Shown: piece by piece, positions 47,866-57,510 of the stretch
Position numbering within the stretch: the stretch's first letter is position 1
Layout: every line of letters starts with the position of its first letter
Virus record (IMG/VR): IMGVR_UViG_3300021139_000005
Location: 1-64,000 of that record
Length of the DNA: 64,000 bases
From: a virus
Reading direction: 5' to 3' (one strand)
The notes under the pieces: generated by a model
The model's database searches: none
The model's input: the letters and a program-made list of their open reading frames with translations, nothing else
What the model was told of the DNA's origin: nothing
Program-made: the position numbers and the translations under genes

Positions 47866-49754
47866 AGCAGATAACATTCATCCTATTACTTATTACGGCT
47901 GCAATACAGGCGCAAAACATATCTGGAACGGTAACTGTGGTCAACGGTACCGCAACGCAGCAAACAAGCCCCAATCCAAGCCCTCTTTTAATTGTCAGAG
48001 GTACTAACCAGGTTCCACCTCCACAGGGTCAGTTTTCGAACGGTGCATGGTTCTATGATGCTAAGTTGAAATATTGGTATCAATTGTCAGGGGGAACAGG
48101 TGCTACTGGAGCAACAGGGGCAGGTGCCACTGGAGCAACGGGATCAACCGGAGCTACAGGTGTTACGGGTCCAAGTGGTCAGGATGGCGCAACAGGCGCA
48201 ACAGGCGCAGGCGGTGGAACAGGCACATCAGGACCAACTGGTAGTAGTGGACCTACCGGAGCATCAGGCCCGACAGGTAGCAGTGGCGCAACGGGAGCAA
48301 GCGGTAGCGGTGGACCGTCAGGTGCAACGGGTGCAACAGGCCCCACCGGATTACAGGGTATTACCGGACCAACAGGAGTTACCGGCATTACAGGTACCAC
48401 AGGCGCAACCGGCATCACCGGCGCAACCGGATTACAAGGAGTTACGGGTGTTACCGGCCCAACCGGAGCAAATGGCAGCAATGGAACAAATGGGGCGACG
48501 GGCAGCACAGGCGCGACAGGAGCCACAGGAGCCACAGGAAGTAGCGCAAATAACTGGTTGCTTACAGGTAATACAGGCAATGTGTTTGGCACAAATTTTA
48601 TTGGCAATAAAGATTCAATAACCTTTCAAGCCATTGATAGCGGGATACCGGTTATTACCACGCAAGTTACCGGCAACCAATTTATAGGCATCGGCAAAAG
48701 GGCGGGGCAGAACAATACAGGCGCAAATAATTTAGCTATTGGTAATTATGCAATGCGTTATAATCCCGGTGGAACAAACCTGATAGCCATAGGTAACAAT
48801 GCGCTTGCTCAAACAGCGTATAATACTCAAAACAACAACTACGATATTGCTATTGGTAATTACAACATGATTTTGTCGAACAATGAAAATTATGTTGTTA
48901 GTATCGGTTATGGAGCATTTAGCGGAACAAATCAGAATGCAAGTTTCAGCACCATCATAGGTGCGGGTGCTTTTAATGGTAACTTTGGTAATAATAACAA
49001 CACACAAAATTGCGCTATTGGTTATGCAGCTTTACAAAATGGTGGCTATAATAATGTTGCTATTGGTTATTACTCCTTATGGAATGCCAGTGGCACATCT
49101 AGTAATATAGCCATTGGTTCGGGCGCACTTGCGAACTCTGGTGGCTCTAATATCTGTATTGGCAATGCGGCAAACACAAGCACACAATTTCTTAATGGAC
49201 AATATAATGTTATCATAGGCAATTTAAGCAATGTAAGCAATTCATCGGGTAACAACTCTGTATCGGTCGGGTATAACTTATCTGTTCCTCCATCGGCAGT
49301 GGCTTTTGGTATGACAAACGGCTTTAACGGCATGGGTGATACGCTGATATATATTAATACTCCAACGCATACCCTTTTATTCACGGATACGTTTGCTTAC
49401 AAGTTGGCAGAATCAGCAGCAGATACCAATGTTGTAAACTATTTAAATCAAGTAAGGAGAGATGTAGCATTAACTGGGTCATTAGTATTAACAACAGCCT
49501 CTGGTGTAAATACTCTTTCAGTAAACTATTCATATTATGATAGAACTGGAGCATATAAAACAGGAACATTTAAATTAACAAATACATCAGGAATTACAAC
49601 AACAGTAACTTCAGTTGCAGATACATATTCTTTTGGAATAGATGATATAGTTACTAATCCATTACCTATTGTAATAAGAGTATCATCGACAGGCGGCTCA
49701 CCTACATATGATATTTTTGCACGAATCACGAACATTACAACTACCAACAAATAG
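47862..49754 (+). CDS. Collagen-like fibre protein with signal peptide
   Basis: Long GAT/GPT/GIT run, WLLTGNTG, NxAIG repeats; [17 protein letters not shown]|Q. Confidence 0.75.
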   Translation: MKQITFILLLITAAIQAQNISGTVTVVNGTATQQTSPNPSPLLIVRGTNQVPPPQGQFSNGAWFYDAKLKYWYQLSGGTGATGATGAGATGATGSTGATGVTGPSGQDGATGATGAGGGTGTSGPTGSSGPTGASGPTGSSGATGASGSGGPSGATGATGPTGLQGITGPTGVTGITGTTGATGITGATGLQGVTGVTGPTGANGSNGTNGATGSTGATGATGATGSSANNWLLTGNTGNVFGTNFIGNKDSITFQAIDSGIPVITTQVTGNQFIGIGKRAGQNNTGANNLAIGNYAMRYNPGGTNLIAIGNNALAQTAYNTQNNNYDIAIGNYNMILSNNENYVVSIGYGAFSGTNQNASFSTIIGAGAFNGNFGNNNNTQNCAIGYAALQNGGYNNVAIGYYSLWNASGTSSNIAIGSGALANSGGSNICIGNAANTSTQFLNGQYNVIIGNLSNVSNSSGNNSVSVGYNLSVPPSAVAFGMTNGFNGMGDTLIYINTPTHTLLFTDTFAYKLAESAADTNVVNYLNQVRRDVALTGSLVLTTASGVNTLSVNYSYYDRTGAYKTGTFKLTNTSGITTTVTSVADTYSFGIDDIVTNPLPIVIRVSSTGGSPTYDIFARITNITTTNK

Positions 49755-49756
49755 CC

Positions 49757-50134
49757 ATGAAAAAACTACTTTCAATATTACTGATATTTATAACAGCCAC
49801 TTGTTACTCACAGGGACTAAAGATAACGGGTAAAACATTTACCAATAATAGCGACAGTTTAACCATTACGGCTATTTATGTGTATCCACTGCTTACCAAC
49901 TATAACACATTTGACAGCTCCTTTTCTATCTGTTTCCCTGCATTTTACAGAAGTGCATACGCGGCAAAAAATCAGTTACTGCCAACCGTTTCGTCCTTAG
50001 ACATAAGGGCATGGGGCATTTCAATTAATAATTATCAGGGTAAAAGTTCTATTGGTATTCCAACCCCGGCTTATCTCAATTCAACAGTTACTACTTATTT
50101 GAATAGCTATGGTTTCACGGTAACGACTTTTTAA
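49757..50134 (+). CDS. Small secreted protein
   Basis: MKKLLSILLIFITATCYS|Q. Confidence 0.65.
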   Translation: MKKLLSILLIFITATCYSQGLKITGKTFTNNSDSLTITAIYVYPLLTNYNTFDSSFSICFPAFYRSAYAAKNQLLPTVSSLDIRAWGISINNYQGKSSIGIPTPAYLNSTVTTYLNSYGFTVTTF

Positions 50135-50145
50135 AATTAACGAGC

Positions 50146-50637
50146 ATGGCAACACAGATATCAAAGTATTTCTCGCTGGAAGAATTACTTGCAAGCAATA
50201 CAGCAACTGCAAAAGGCATTACAGCCAATTTTAACCCGCCTGCATCGGTTGTGGCTAACCTTACAGCACTAGCAGTAAACGTCCTTGATGCTGTTCGTGA
50301 ATTGATTGACATGCCACTGATGGATAGCAGTGGTTATCGTTGTCCTGAACTGAATTCTTATGAGGGAGGTATGCCTAATTCACAGCATCTTTTTGGAGAG
50401 GCTGCTGATATTTTCTGTGCGCTTACTCCTGATGAATTGTACGCTAAAATCAAGGCATCGGACATCGTTTTTGATGAACTCATCATTGAGCATGATAAAG
50501 AGGGTCATCGCTGGGTGCATATAAGCTACGATCCTAACAAGGTTTCTCAGCGCGGACTGTGCATGAAAGGTGAGCTACAACCTGGCGGTGGAACTGTTTG
50601 TGTAGCAGATGGCTACGGAGCCTTTAAAAACGCATAA
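50146..50637 (+). CDS. Peptidase M15A endolysin
   Basis: SSGYRCPELN..GG..NSQHLFGEAADI..WVHISY. Confidence 0.9.
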   Translation: MATQISKYFSLEELLASNTATAKGITANFNPPASVVANLTALAVNVLDAVRELIDMPLMDSSGYRCPELNSYEGGMPNSQHLFGEAADIFCALTPDELYAKIKASDIVFDELIIEHDKEGHRWVHISYDPNKVSQRGLCMKGELQPGGGTVCVADGYGAFKNA

Positions 50638-50689
50638 CCATGCCTATAAACACCGATATAGAATTCATTGACTCAGTAAGCTAATAGCT

Positions 50690-51016
50690 ATGGAACTTGC
50701 GCCTTACGATAATGCGATAACAGAACTATTCACCTTCCTTCAGCCACTATCAGCGTCCTTTGTGGCGATGATAACGGATAGGTTGGCGGTTAATAAAGCG
50801 AGAAGAGAGCAACGTGCTCTTGACCGGCGTATTCGTAAGGTTCAGAAACAGGTTAAGTCCGAACTATTGCCGGGGTTGAGTATTGGCGATAATTCTCTGA
50901 TGATTGCCAACAAGGTGAACATCGAGTTTGGCCAGCAGGGAGACACGAAAGAGATGCGCGTTGAAATCACGAACCAGTTCAATTGGGAGTTACTTCACCT
51001 TCCGATACCAGAATAG
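50690..51016 (+). CDS. Hypothetical protein (lysis region)
   Basis: Open frame. Confidence 0.55.
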   Translation: MELAPYDNAITELFTFLQPLSASFVAMITDRLAVNKARREQRALDRRIRKVQKQVKSELLPGLSIGDNSLMIANKVNIEFGQQGDTKEMRVEITNQFNWELLHLPIPE

Positions 51017-51058
51017 TATTACTTTTGGCCATTCTTCAAAAACAAAAAATCATATACC

Positions 51059-51814
51059 ATGAACACAAGTTTGGATATCCAGAAAATTACCGATGCAGGC
51101 ACCAAGATTTCCATCTTCGGAGCACAGAAATTAGCGAAAGCATCTAAACAACCTGACCTGGTTGGAACGTTAACCAAGATAAAGGCGGCCATATCTCAGT
51201 TGAACGGAGAAGGAACCGTAACCAAGGACCAACTGGTTACTGCTATCTTCCAGATACTATCTGCCGGCGCTGATCTGAGCAAGAGTCTTTATGTTCAGGA
51301 CCTTGAGAGTCTGGCAAATCAATTGTATTTGATCGTTACTGGTGGAGGAGGAAACTTCGGCACCGTGTGGGCTGATATTCAGTTGCTGTATAACGGCAAG
51401 CTGAAAGGCCTTCCTTCTGCGGAACCAAACATTGAGGCTGATGCCCAGGCATTGGAAACCGGCTTGATCACTGTTTTGGGATACTTGCTGCAGAACCTGA
51501 AATTATCTGGCGCTGTTGAGGCTGATATTGCTTCTGTTGTTGCAGGCATTACTTCAGGAATAGACGCATTTGATGCTACGGTTGAGATTACTACTGATGT
51601 AGCGGTTGCTGCTCTGTATGAGGTATTAGAAGCTATCGCTGACCTTACCGGTAGCCATACCCCACTGGCAATTGAGCAATTGCTTCAGAAGATATATCAG
51701 ATCATTGAGGGCAACCAGAGCAACTTCGTGAAGTTCTTCCAGAGCATTGGAGTACAGATACAGGCAGCTATACTGGCCAAGAAAGCAGCAAAGGAGGCAA
51801 AGGCTGCACAATAA
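51059..51814 (+). CDS. Amphipathic helical protein with internal duplication
   Basis: Two similar ~120-aa halves; upstream TACTTTTG; followed by terminator. Confidence 0.65.
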   Translation: MNTSLDIQKITDAGTKISIFGAQKLAKASKQPDLVGTLTKIKAAISQLNGEGTVTKDQLVTAIFQILSAGADLSKSLYVQDLESLANQLYLIVTGGGGNFGTVWADIQLLYNGKLKGLPSAEPNIEADAQALETGLITVLGYLLQNLKLSGAVEADIASVVAGITSGIDAFDATVEITTDVAVAALYEVLEAIADLTGSHTPLAIEQLLQKIYQIIEGNQSNFVKFFQSIGVQIQAAILAKKAAKEAKAAQ

Positions 51815-51835
51815 GTTTTTAGTGTGATTTAATGG

Positions 51836-51869
51836 TCCCGCGTAGTTTGGTGTGCTGCGCGGGATTTTT
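51836..51869 (+). terminator. Intrinsic terminator
   Basis: TCCCGCGTAG...CTGCGCGGGA-TTTTT. Confidence 0.75.
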
Positions 51870-51969
51870 ATTTGTAAAAAAGGATTATTTTTGTTCTACA
51901 AGGGGATGAATACTACGGTATATTCCAAGCACTAACGAGAGCCTCGGCCTCAACTAAAACAATAAACAC

Positions 51970-52542
51970 ATGCTACCAGCACAAGCATTTTTCAGCGGCC
52001 TTCAGGCTATAAGCTGTAACTCAGATTTTTATAACACCGCTGCACCTTGCTTGCAGGATTTCAATACCTGGCAGGTAGCGTCTATCGTTGCTGCGTATGG
52101 CAATGATATCAATGGCAACAAGGTAGGGGTGTTCCACTACGTTTACTCAGAACTCAAGAAGAAAGTAAACAGTGTATTGCAATTCCCGCGTCCTGACTTC
52201 AACAGCGATATCACAGTTGCTGCGCTGAAGACATGGTTCGATGCTAACGTTCCAAACAACCAGTTAAGGCTGTATAAGAACCTGATATGCATCGACAAGA
52301 ATCAGGCACAGTTAGCCAACATCAACGGGGCGAACTATTCGGACGTTCTGTTGAATGATCTGAAAGTTATGCGCCGGGAATATGATCCTACATGGGTTCA
52401 GCCAAGCACATCTCCAAATAATCCTACTGTTACACCGGCTACGCACATTTATGTGTATCAGGGTAATGAAACGGATTATAAGATTTTTACTTGCCTTGGC
52501 GACCAAACTTTTGCCGGAAACGGTTACTATGGTAACTATTAA
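51970..52542 (+). CDS. Hypothetical protein
   Basis: Open frame with biased codon use. Confidence 0.65.
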   Translation: MLPAQAFFSGLQAISCNSDFYNTAAPCLQDFNTWQVASIVAAYGNDINGNKVGVFHYVYSELKKKVNSVLQFPRPDFNSDITVAALKTWFDANVPNNQLRLYKNLICIDKNQAQLANINGANYSDVLLNDLKVMRREYDPTWVQPSTSPNNPTVTPATHIYVYQGNETDYKIFTCLGDQTFAGNGYYGNY

Positions 52543-52547
52543 TTGAT

Positions 52548-52652
52548 TATATTTGTCTTATGATGTCCGCTAGCATCAGAAAGATATTTAACTTTTAAAT
52601 TCCCTTATCGAAAGGTGTCTAGCGGCATCCGGAGGTAGGGGAATTTCTTTTT
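52548..52652 (+). promoter_or_regulatory. -7 promoter plus structured leader of second HNH-AP2 gene
   Basis: TATATTTG 52548-52555; pairings 52562-52577/52614-52629 and 52597-52609/52634-52646. Confidence 0.6.
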
Positions 52653-53195
52653 ATGAAAACAATAACAGTTCATAGTAAAACTCATGGCATTTATCAAATT
52701 TTAGTAGACGATGAAGATTATAAAATAGTCTCTAAATACAAATGGTCAGTAATAAAACGAGAGCACACCCTTTATGCATTTACTAGTAAAAACATTGGGA
52801 ACAAGAAAACACTGGGGATTACTATGCACCGTATGCTTATGGGAGATAGCGCAAAAAATATGCAGATAGACCATAAAGATGGAAATGGTCTTAATAATCA
52901 AAGAGGAAATATTAGATTGGCTACAATTAGCCAAAACGCTATGAATCGTAGAAAGCATAGATTAACTTCATCAAAGCACTATGGAGTAAGCAAAAAGACT
53001 CAAATAAAACACTTTAAAAGAGTTGACGGAGGTGTTACTACTGTAAAATATGAATGGTGGAGAGCTTCTATTACGATTGAAGGGAAGGTTGTTTCTAAAA
53101 TGGGATTCAAATCCGAAGAAGATGCTGCTAAATGGAGAGATGAATTAGCAAAAAAGCATCACGGAGAATTTGCTAACTTAAACTTTAAAGATTAG
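52653..53195 (+). CDS. HNH endonuclease with AP2 domain
   Basis: MHRML..IDHKDGNGLNNQRGNIR; FKSEEDAA..HHGEFANLNF. Confidence 0.9.
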   Translation: MKTITVHSKTHGIYQILVDDEDYKIVSKYKWSVIKREHTLYAFTSKNIGNKKTLGITMHRMLMGDSAKNMQIDHKDGNGLNNQRGNIRLATISQNAMNRRKHRLTSSKHYGVSKKTQIKHFKRVDGGVTTVKYEWWRASITIEGKVVSKMGFKSEEDAAKWRDELAKKHHGEFANLNFKD

Positions 53196-53218
53196 AATTT
53201 GGGGAATCTAAATGAAGC

Positions 53219-53250
53219 GGCCGTTCAAATGCGAACGGCCTTTTTTATTT
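53219..53250 (+). terminator. Terminator at the convergence of the two arms
   Basis: GGCCGTTC-AAATGC-GAACGGCC-TTTTTT. Confidence 0.7.
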
Positions 53251-53521
53251 TATCTACCCTGGCAGATAGATTTGTGTCAACGGAGATAGCCTCCTTTATA
53301 ACCTTCCTGTAATAGATGGCCATGTTCTTTCCTTTCCGGTTGAGGCATTCCCTTATTTCATCATTGGTCATGTCGGTAAACTCGCACAGTAATAGGGTCA
53401 GTACCTGTCTGGCCAGCATGAGGTCATCGTTCCTCCTTGGGCTGCGGAGTTCGTGCATGGTCAGGTTGAACTCCTTGCAGGTCTCGGCAACAACTCTTCG
53501 GTATACAGCGGACTCGGTCAT
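53225..53521 (-). CDS. DnaA C-terminal (domain IV)-like HTH protein
   Basis: ELRSPRRNDDLMLARQVLTLLLCEFTDMTNDEIRECLNR. Confidence 0.7.
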   Translation of the reverse strand: MTESAVYRRVVAETCKEFNLTMHELRSPRRNDDLMLARQVLTLLLCEFTDMTNDEIRECLNRKGKNMAIYYRKVIKEAISVDTNLSARVDKIKKAVRI

Positions 53522-55692
53522 CAGTTGTGTATTAACAGGGTGCCGTTAACCTTTACCCATCTGTTCTTGCCGTATTCGTCGATCAGGCTGGAGAAGTACG
53601 TCCAATCGCTGCTGTGGCTCATATCGTGCCATCCTACCTTGCATGCAGCCTCTTTCCTTACCATTACCCCAGCACAGTCAATGTGGCCCAATTCGAGCTT
53701 TGTATCGATTGTTCCGTATGGGTGAACGATGTCGGTGCCATCAGGCTTTACCTGGTGAGTCTTGTAGTGGGTAACGAACTTGTCACAGTATACGGCAATG
53801 GTATCGTCCTTGAATCCGCGTAGCATGGTATCGATGTAGGTAGGGACATGGTAGTTGTCTGCATTTGTAATTACGACGAAGTCAGCCTTAAATGTCCCTT
53901 GGTCGATTGCATCCAATGCCCACCTACGGAGAGGGTGTCCCCATTGCTCCTGCCGTTCATCAGTCTCAATAAACCGTATTCTGGGATCGTTGACGTGTGA
54001 GATAAAAGCAAACAGGTTTGTATCATTTGGCCCATCATGAATCAGCAACAACTGCCAGTTTTTATGAGTCTGGCACAACAGGGAAGAAACTATCTCAGGA
54101 AAGGTATTGTATACCGGGCAAATGAAAGTGACCAGCTTGTCTTCATTGGGTTTGAATACGTCGTAGTGCTCATCGATGCGATGTTTTGTAGCCGGGTAAT
54201 CTATATCGCACAGGTAGGACTCCTGTAGCTTGGATGGAATGATAGCGGTGAGTCCCATGGCCTCTATCTGCTGAAGAAGGTTATTCTTCTCCCCATGTTC
54301 AAATTCATAGCAGTCTTCCTTGGTAACTATTGGCGATGCCGGGAATGTTAGCCTCTTCGCTACGTCCATAGTGATGGCAAATCCTGTGGTACGGATGTGT
54401 GGTCGAACCTCGTTTGAGATATGCATGCATGAGATACCGACACCGGGTTTAAGTAGCTTGGCGCAGTAGTGCTCAACAAAGTCTTTGTGCATGGGCAGGC
54501 AGTCATCAGTACACCACAGAATCATATCAAATCTTTCCGGCGTAATTTTACCATCACATAGGTCTTGGAAGGCCCCTATATCATAGCCTACATTGCCTCT
54601 TGTAACTACTTTCACAGAGGGGTATTCCATGAATGGGAAGGCCTCCTTTATGTGGCTTGCAGAGTTTGAATTTACTAATACCATCAGGGCCGCAGTCAGG
54701 TTGTTGCTCTTGTCCCATGCCTTCAACCATAGCCTAACGTTTTCTACTCTGTCATAGACCATTACCACAACGAGGATTTTCTTCGCGTAAAGGACATCTC
54801 GCTGCGCTTGGGTTACCGGACTCAGGTCATAATACCGGTCAGCCAGCGTAGCTTTCTTGGTAGCATCGAAGTGAAACTTCTGATTAATGCCGTATTGCGC
54901 TCTGTAATAGTCTGAGAGCTTGTTATAGAGCGATACTACCTCTGGAGCATGGTTTATATCTCCGGCCATAGAAAAGCCATTAAAACGATGCTGGATGTAT
55001 GATTCGTCGATGGTCTCTGAAAATACCTGTAGGTAGATGGGGCGGTATGGCACTTTAAGAAGAGGATAGTTGTAATACATTAGAGCAGTATTGAAGCAGA
55101 ACTCCTCGTTTACAAAACCTCTGAACAGGGTAACCATGTCTTTGTGTCCAAAGTATATCATTGCTCTTTGAAATATTCCACAGGCGGTATCGCTTCGTCT
55201 GAAGTATATCCATGAGGCATTGATGGCCGGCATCTTATCTGGTGAGATATTTCCTACAACCTTGGCTACTGCGATAGGATCACACCAGAACTGAACCTTA
55301 TCCCTGTCGGCCTCCCCCTTTTCGTAATCAAAGGCAGCATGATAATAAGCCATAAAATCCTGTTCCTGTTCGAACCACGAGGTAAGGTCTTTTCCGGGTA
55401 GAATCAAGGTATCAGCATCTAGCATGATGCATTCATCGAACACATTCATGGATATGTCATATGCCTGTAGTTTTAGGAGGGATGCAAACTCCATAGGTGC
55501 CATATTACTGGTTACAGATACATGGTAATCGAATATCCGTTCTACCCTGCTTTCTATTCCCTCAATAGCCGAGGGTGTGTGTACGAGCATTACCGGCCAG
55601 TTGCCGTTGCTCTTAATTGATAGGGCGCAGTTCAGCGCCATGTTGCCATAGGTAGGTGTGCCAGTGGCGATGATGATAAATCCTCTTTTCAT
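53521..55692 (-). CDS. Multi-domain GT-A glycosyltransferase fusion
   Basis: GT8-like LDADT/INAS; middle RGNVGYDIG..TDD..HIRTTGF; C-terminal GT2 FICPVYN..IHDG..NADNY. Confidence 0.8.
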   Translation of the reverse strand: MKRGFIIIATGTPTYGNMALNCALSIKSNGNWPVMLVHTPSAIEGIESRVERIFDYHVSVTSNMAPMEFASLLKLQAYDISMNVFDECIMLDADTLILPGKDLTSWFEQEQDFMAYYHAAFDYEKGEADRDKVQFWCDPIAVAKVVGNISPDKMPAINASWIYFRRSDTACGIFQRAMIYFGHKDMVTLFRGFVNEEFCFNTALMYYNYPLLKVPYRPIYLQVFSETIDESYIQHRFNGFSMAGDINHAPEVVSLYNKLSDYYRAQYGINQKFHFDATKKATLADRYYDLSPVTQAQRDVLYAKKILVVVMVYDRVENVRLWLKAWDKSNNLTAALMVLVNSNSASHIKEAFPFMEYPSVKVVTRGNVGYDIGAFQDLCDGKITPERFDMILWCTDDCLPMHKDFVEHYCAKLLKPGVGISCMHISNEVRPHIRTTGFAITMDVAKRLTFPASPIVTKEDCYEFEHGEKNNLLQQIEAMGLTAIIPSKLQESYLCDIDYPATKHRIDEHYDVFKPNEDKLVTFICPVYNTFPEIVSSLLCQTHKNWQLLLIHDGPNDTNLFAFISHVNDPRIRFIETDERQEQWGHPLRRWALDAIDQGTFKADFVVITNADNYHVPTYIDTMLRGFKDDTIAVYCDKFVTHYKTHQVKPDGTDIVHPYGTIDTKLELGHIDCAGVMVRKEAACKVGWHDMSHSSDWTYFSSLIDEYGKNRWVKVNGTLLIHN

Positions 55693-55970
55693 AGTTTAAT
55701 TATTGAGTTGTCGTTAAGGAATCTTTTTACTCCTGCGCCTTCTACAAATGGGATAGCATTGGCCTCTACATGATTTGCTATACCATCAGATAATTCATCT
55801 CTCATAAAATCAGGTGGACGAGTGCCATCTGAGGACATCTCGGCAATATCATCTATCGAAACATGAACAATAGGCCAGTATCTTGGTACTGACCAATACC
55901 GGTATTCTGCGGCACACATCTGGATTTCTGTTTGCCTCCATTTTTCTAAAGTTTCTGATGAAATTCTCAT
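55689..55970 (-). CDS. Small protein resembling a TerL N-terminal segment
   Basis: EIQMCAAEYRYWSVPRYWPIVHV; 4-bp overlaps with neighbours. Confidence 0.55.
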   Translation of the reverse strand: MRISSETLEKWRQTEIQMCAAEYRYWSVPRYWPIVHVSIDDIAEMSSDGTRPPDFMRDELSDGIANHVEANAIPFVEGAGVKRFLNDNSIIKL

Positions 55971-56395
55971 GATATTATTTTTTGAATCAGGTTCTTCTTC
56001 TCAACTCCTTGCCTCTCATACGATGGTACAGGGAAAGGGAATCCGGGTTTATTCCACAGGGTAACGATTTGCGCGTTATCATCCTTGAAACTATCGTTCG
56101 GATACAGGGTGAAGACATTGTCTCCTTCTCCATGCCAGAACATATTTCTTAAGGCCTTGAGCTCATCATGTGTTGGATAACGAGGTGGCCCAGGTCGTTG
56201 AACGGTAACTGCTACCTGTTCAAAGAAGTCATGGTCTGAGACAACACAGATGAACATGACAGGGGATTTTACTGGTTTTTCATCCACATAAAGTATTTCT
56301 TGGCCGGCTATTCCAAAGACTCCGTTGTTGCCAAATGATGCGGTAGTTTTCAGGCCACCTTTTCTGATTCTTCTGTTTTCTGGTACTCTTAACAT
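55967..56395 (-). CDS. Conserved phage hypothetical protein
   Basis: GNNGVF..FEQVAV..RYPTHDELKALRNMFW. Confidence 0.65.
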   Translation of the reverse strand: MLRVPENRRIRKGGLKTTASFGNNGVFGIAGQEILYVDEKPVKSPVMFICVVSDHDFFEQVAVTVQRPGPPRYPTHDELKALRNMFWHGEGDNVFTLYPNDSFKDDNAQIVTLWNKPGFPFPVPSYERQGVEKKNLIQKIIS

Positions 56396-56406
56396 TGTTA
56401 TGGTGT

Positions 56407-57510
56407 TTATTCTGGCTGTAATTGCTTGCCTGAGTTACGAAATTTTGTTCCTATTCCTTCTATCATATTTTGCATAGAGTAAATTGTAATGCTCTTTCTA
56501 TCAGGATCAATTCCGAGAATTGCAAATGCAGTGTTGTTTTCGTCAAATATCACATCACCGTAATGATGGTATTTGTCAATAGGATCATTAAAACTAAGGC
56601 TATAAATTCCTTCTGAGTATGATAATATATCGCATGGCTCAAGTGCTTCTGGTATACTTATACTATCTAAGTTTCGGTCAATTTTCCACCAATCATCTTT
56701 TCCTATGGAGCCATCTGAGTAAAATGGAGTACCCAATTTATTGAACCTTTTAAAAATGTTTTTAACATTATCTGACATCTGTGGGAACTGACCAATTTCA
56801 TCTGCCACCAATTTGTTTTGCTTGCCACCTACGTAGGAGTCTGTAGTAGTCTCAGCAAACAGCAACTTGCTTGATGATTGTATTATCTGCTCCCGTTCTC
56901 TTTCGGAAGCCTCTTTTCTCGCATCAGCAAACATATCCAGTTGCTCCATTTCGATTTCTGGTTTAATGCCTATATCTAAAGGCATGATCCATACACCGGG
57001 TGAGTCTTTGTCTACGCTGTATAAAGGAAGGCCACCTAATATATTTGCCATAACCGGGATAAAAACCACATTGGCAATGTCATCAACATCTATCCATTGT
57101 GTAGCTACCATTGGTATTTTTGGGTGTTTCTTCCAGTAACTACCGGAAATACAATCAGCAATAGCTTCTACAGCATTACCAAAATCGAACATAGCCTTTG
57201 TTTTTCGCACAAAATGTAGCTGAATGATATAAGGCTTCGGCATCCCCTTTACAAGCTCCTTAAACCGCTTCTTATTGTCAATTATCTGCTGAACAATATC
57301 CTTGATGTATTCCTCTGTTTGGTCGGAACTACGTAATGAGGGCGTAATGGCTTTAAATTCTCCATTCTTTTTAAAATACCAAGAACTTTCTTCACCTGAT
57401 TTTTTGTAGTAGAACCCAATCATTTTGGAATTCTTTGCGGAAGGTACGGCACCCGATAGAAATATGGATTTTTCGGGGTTAATGTGGGGAGGCGGTGTTG
57501 GTGTTTTCAT
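56407..57510 (-). CDS. RusA-like Holliday junction resolvase with C-terminal TerL- and MCP-like fragments
   Basis: GAVPSAKNSK, FVRKTKAMFDFGN, WIDVDD, DKDSPGVWI; extension with LVADEIG and IFKRFNK. Confidence 0.7.
   Translation of the reverse strand: MKTPTPPPHINPEKSIFLSGAVPSAKNSKMIGFYYKKSGEESSWYFKKNGEFKAITPSLRSSDQTEEYIKDIVQQIIDNKKRFKELVKGMPKPYIIQLHFVRKTKAMFDFGNAVEAIADCISGSYWKKHPKIPMVATQWIDVDDIANVVFIPVMANILGGLPLYSVDKDSPGVWIMPLDIGIKPEIEMEQLDMFADARKEASEREREQIIQSSSKLLFAETTTDSYVGGKQNKLVADEIGQFPQMSDNVKNIFKRFNKLGTPFYSDGSIGKDDWWKIDRNLDSISIPEALEPCDILSYSEGIYSLSFNDPIDKYHHYGDVIFDENNTAFAILGIDPDRKSITIYSMQNMIEGIGTKFRNSGKQLQPE

Noticed and set aside
48080-48545. Dense 9-bp periodic repeats (also 20145-20345) and long overlapping ORFs on other frames
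   Set aside because: Explained by collagen-like Gly-X-Thr coding; shadow ORFs are by-products.
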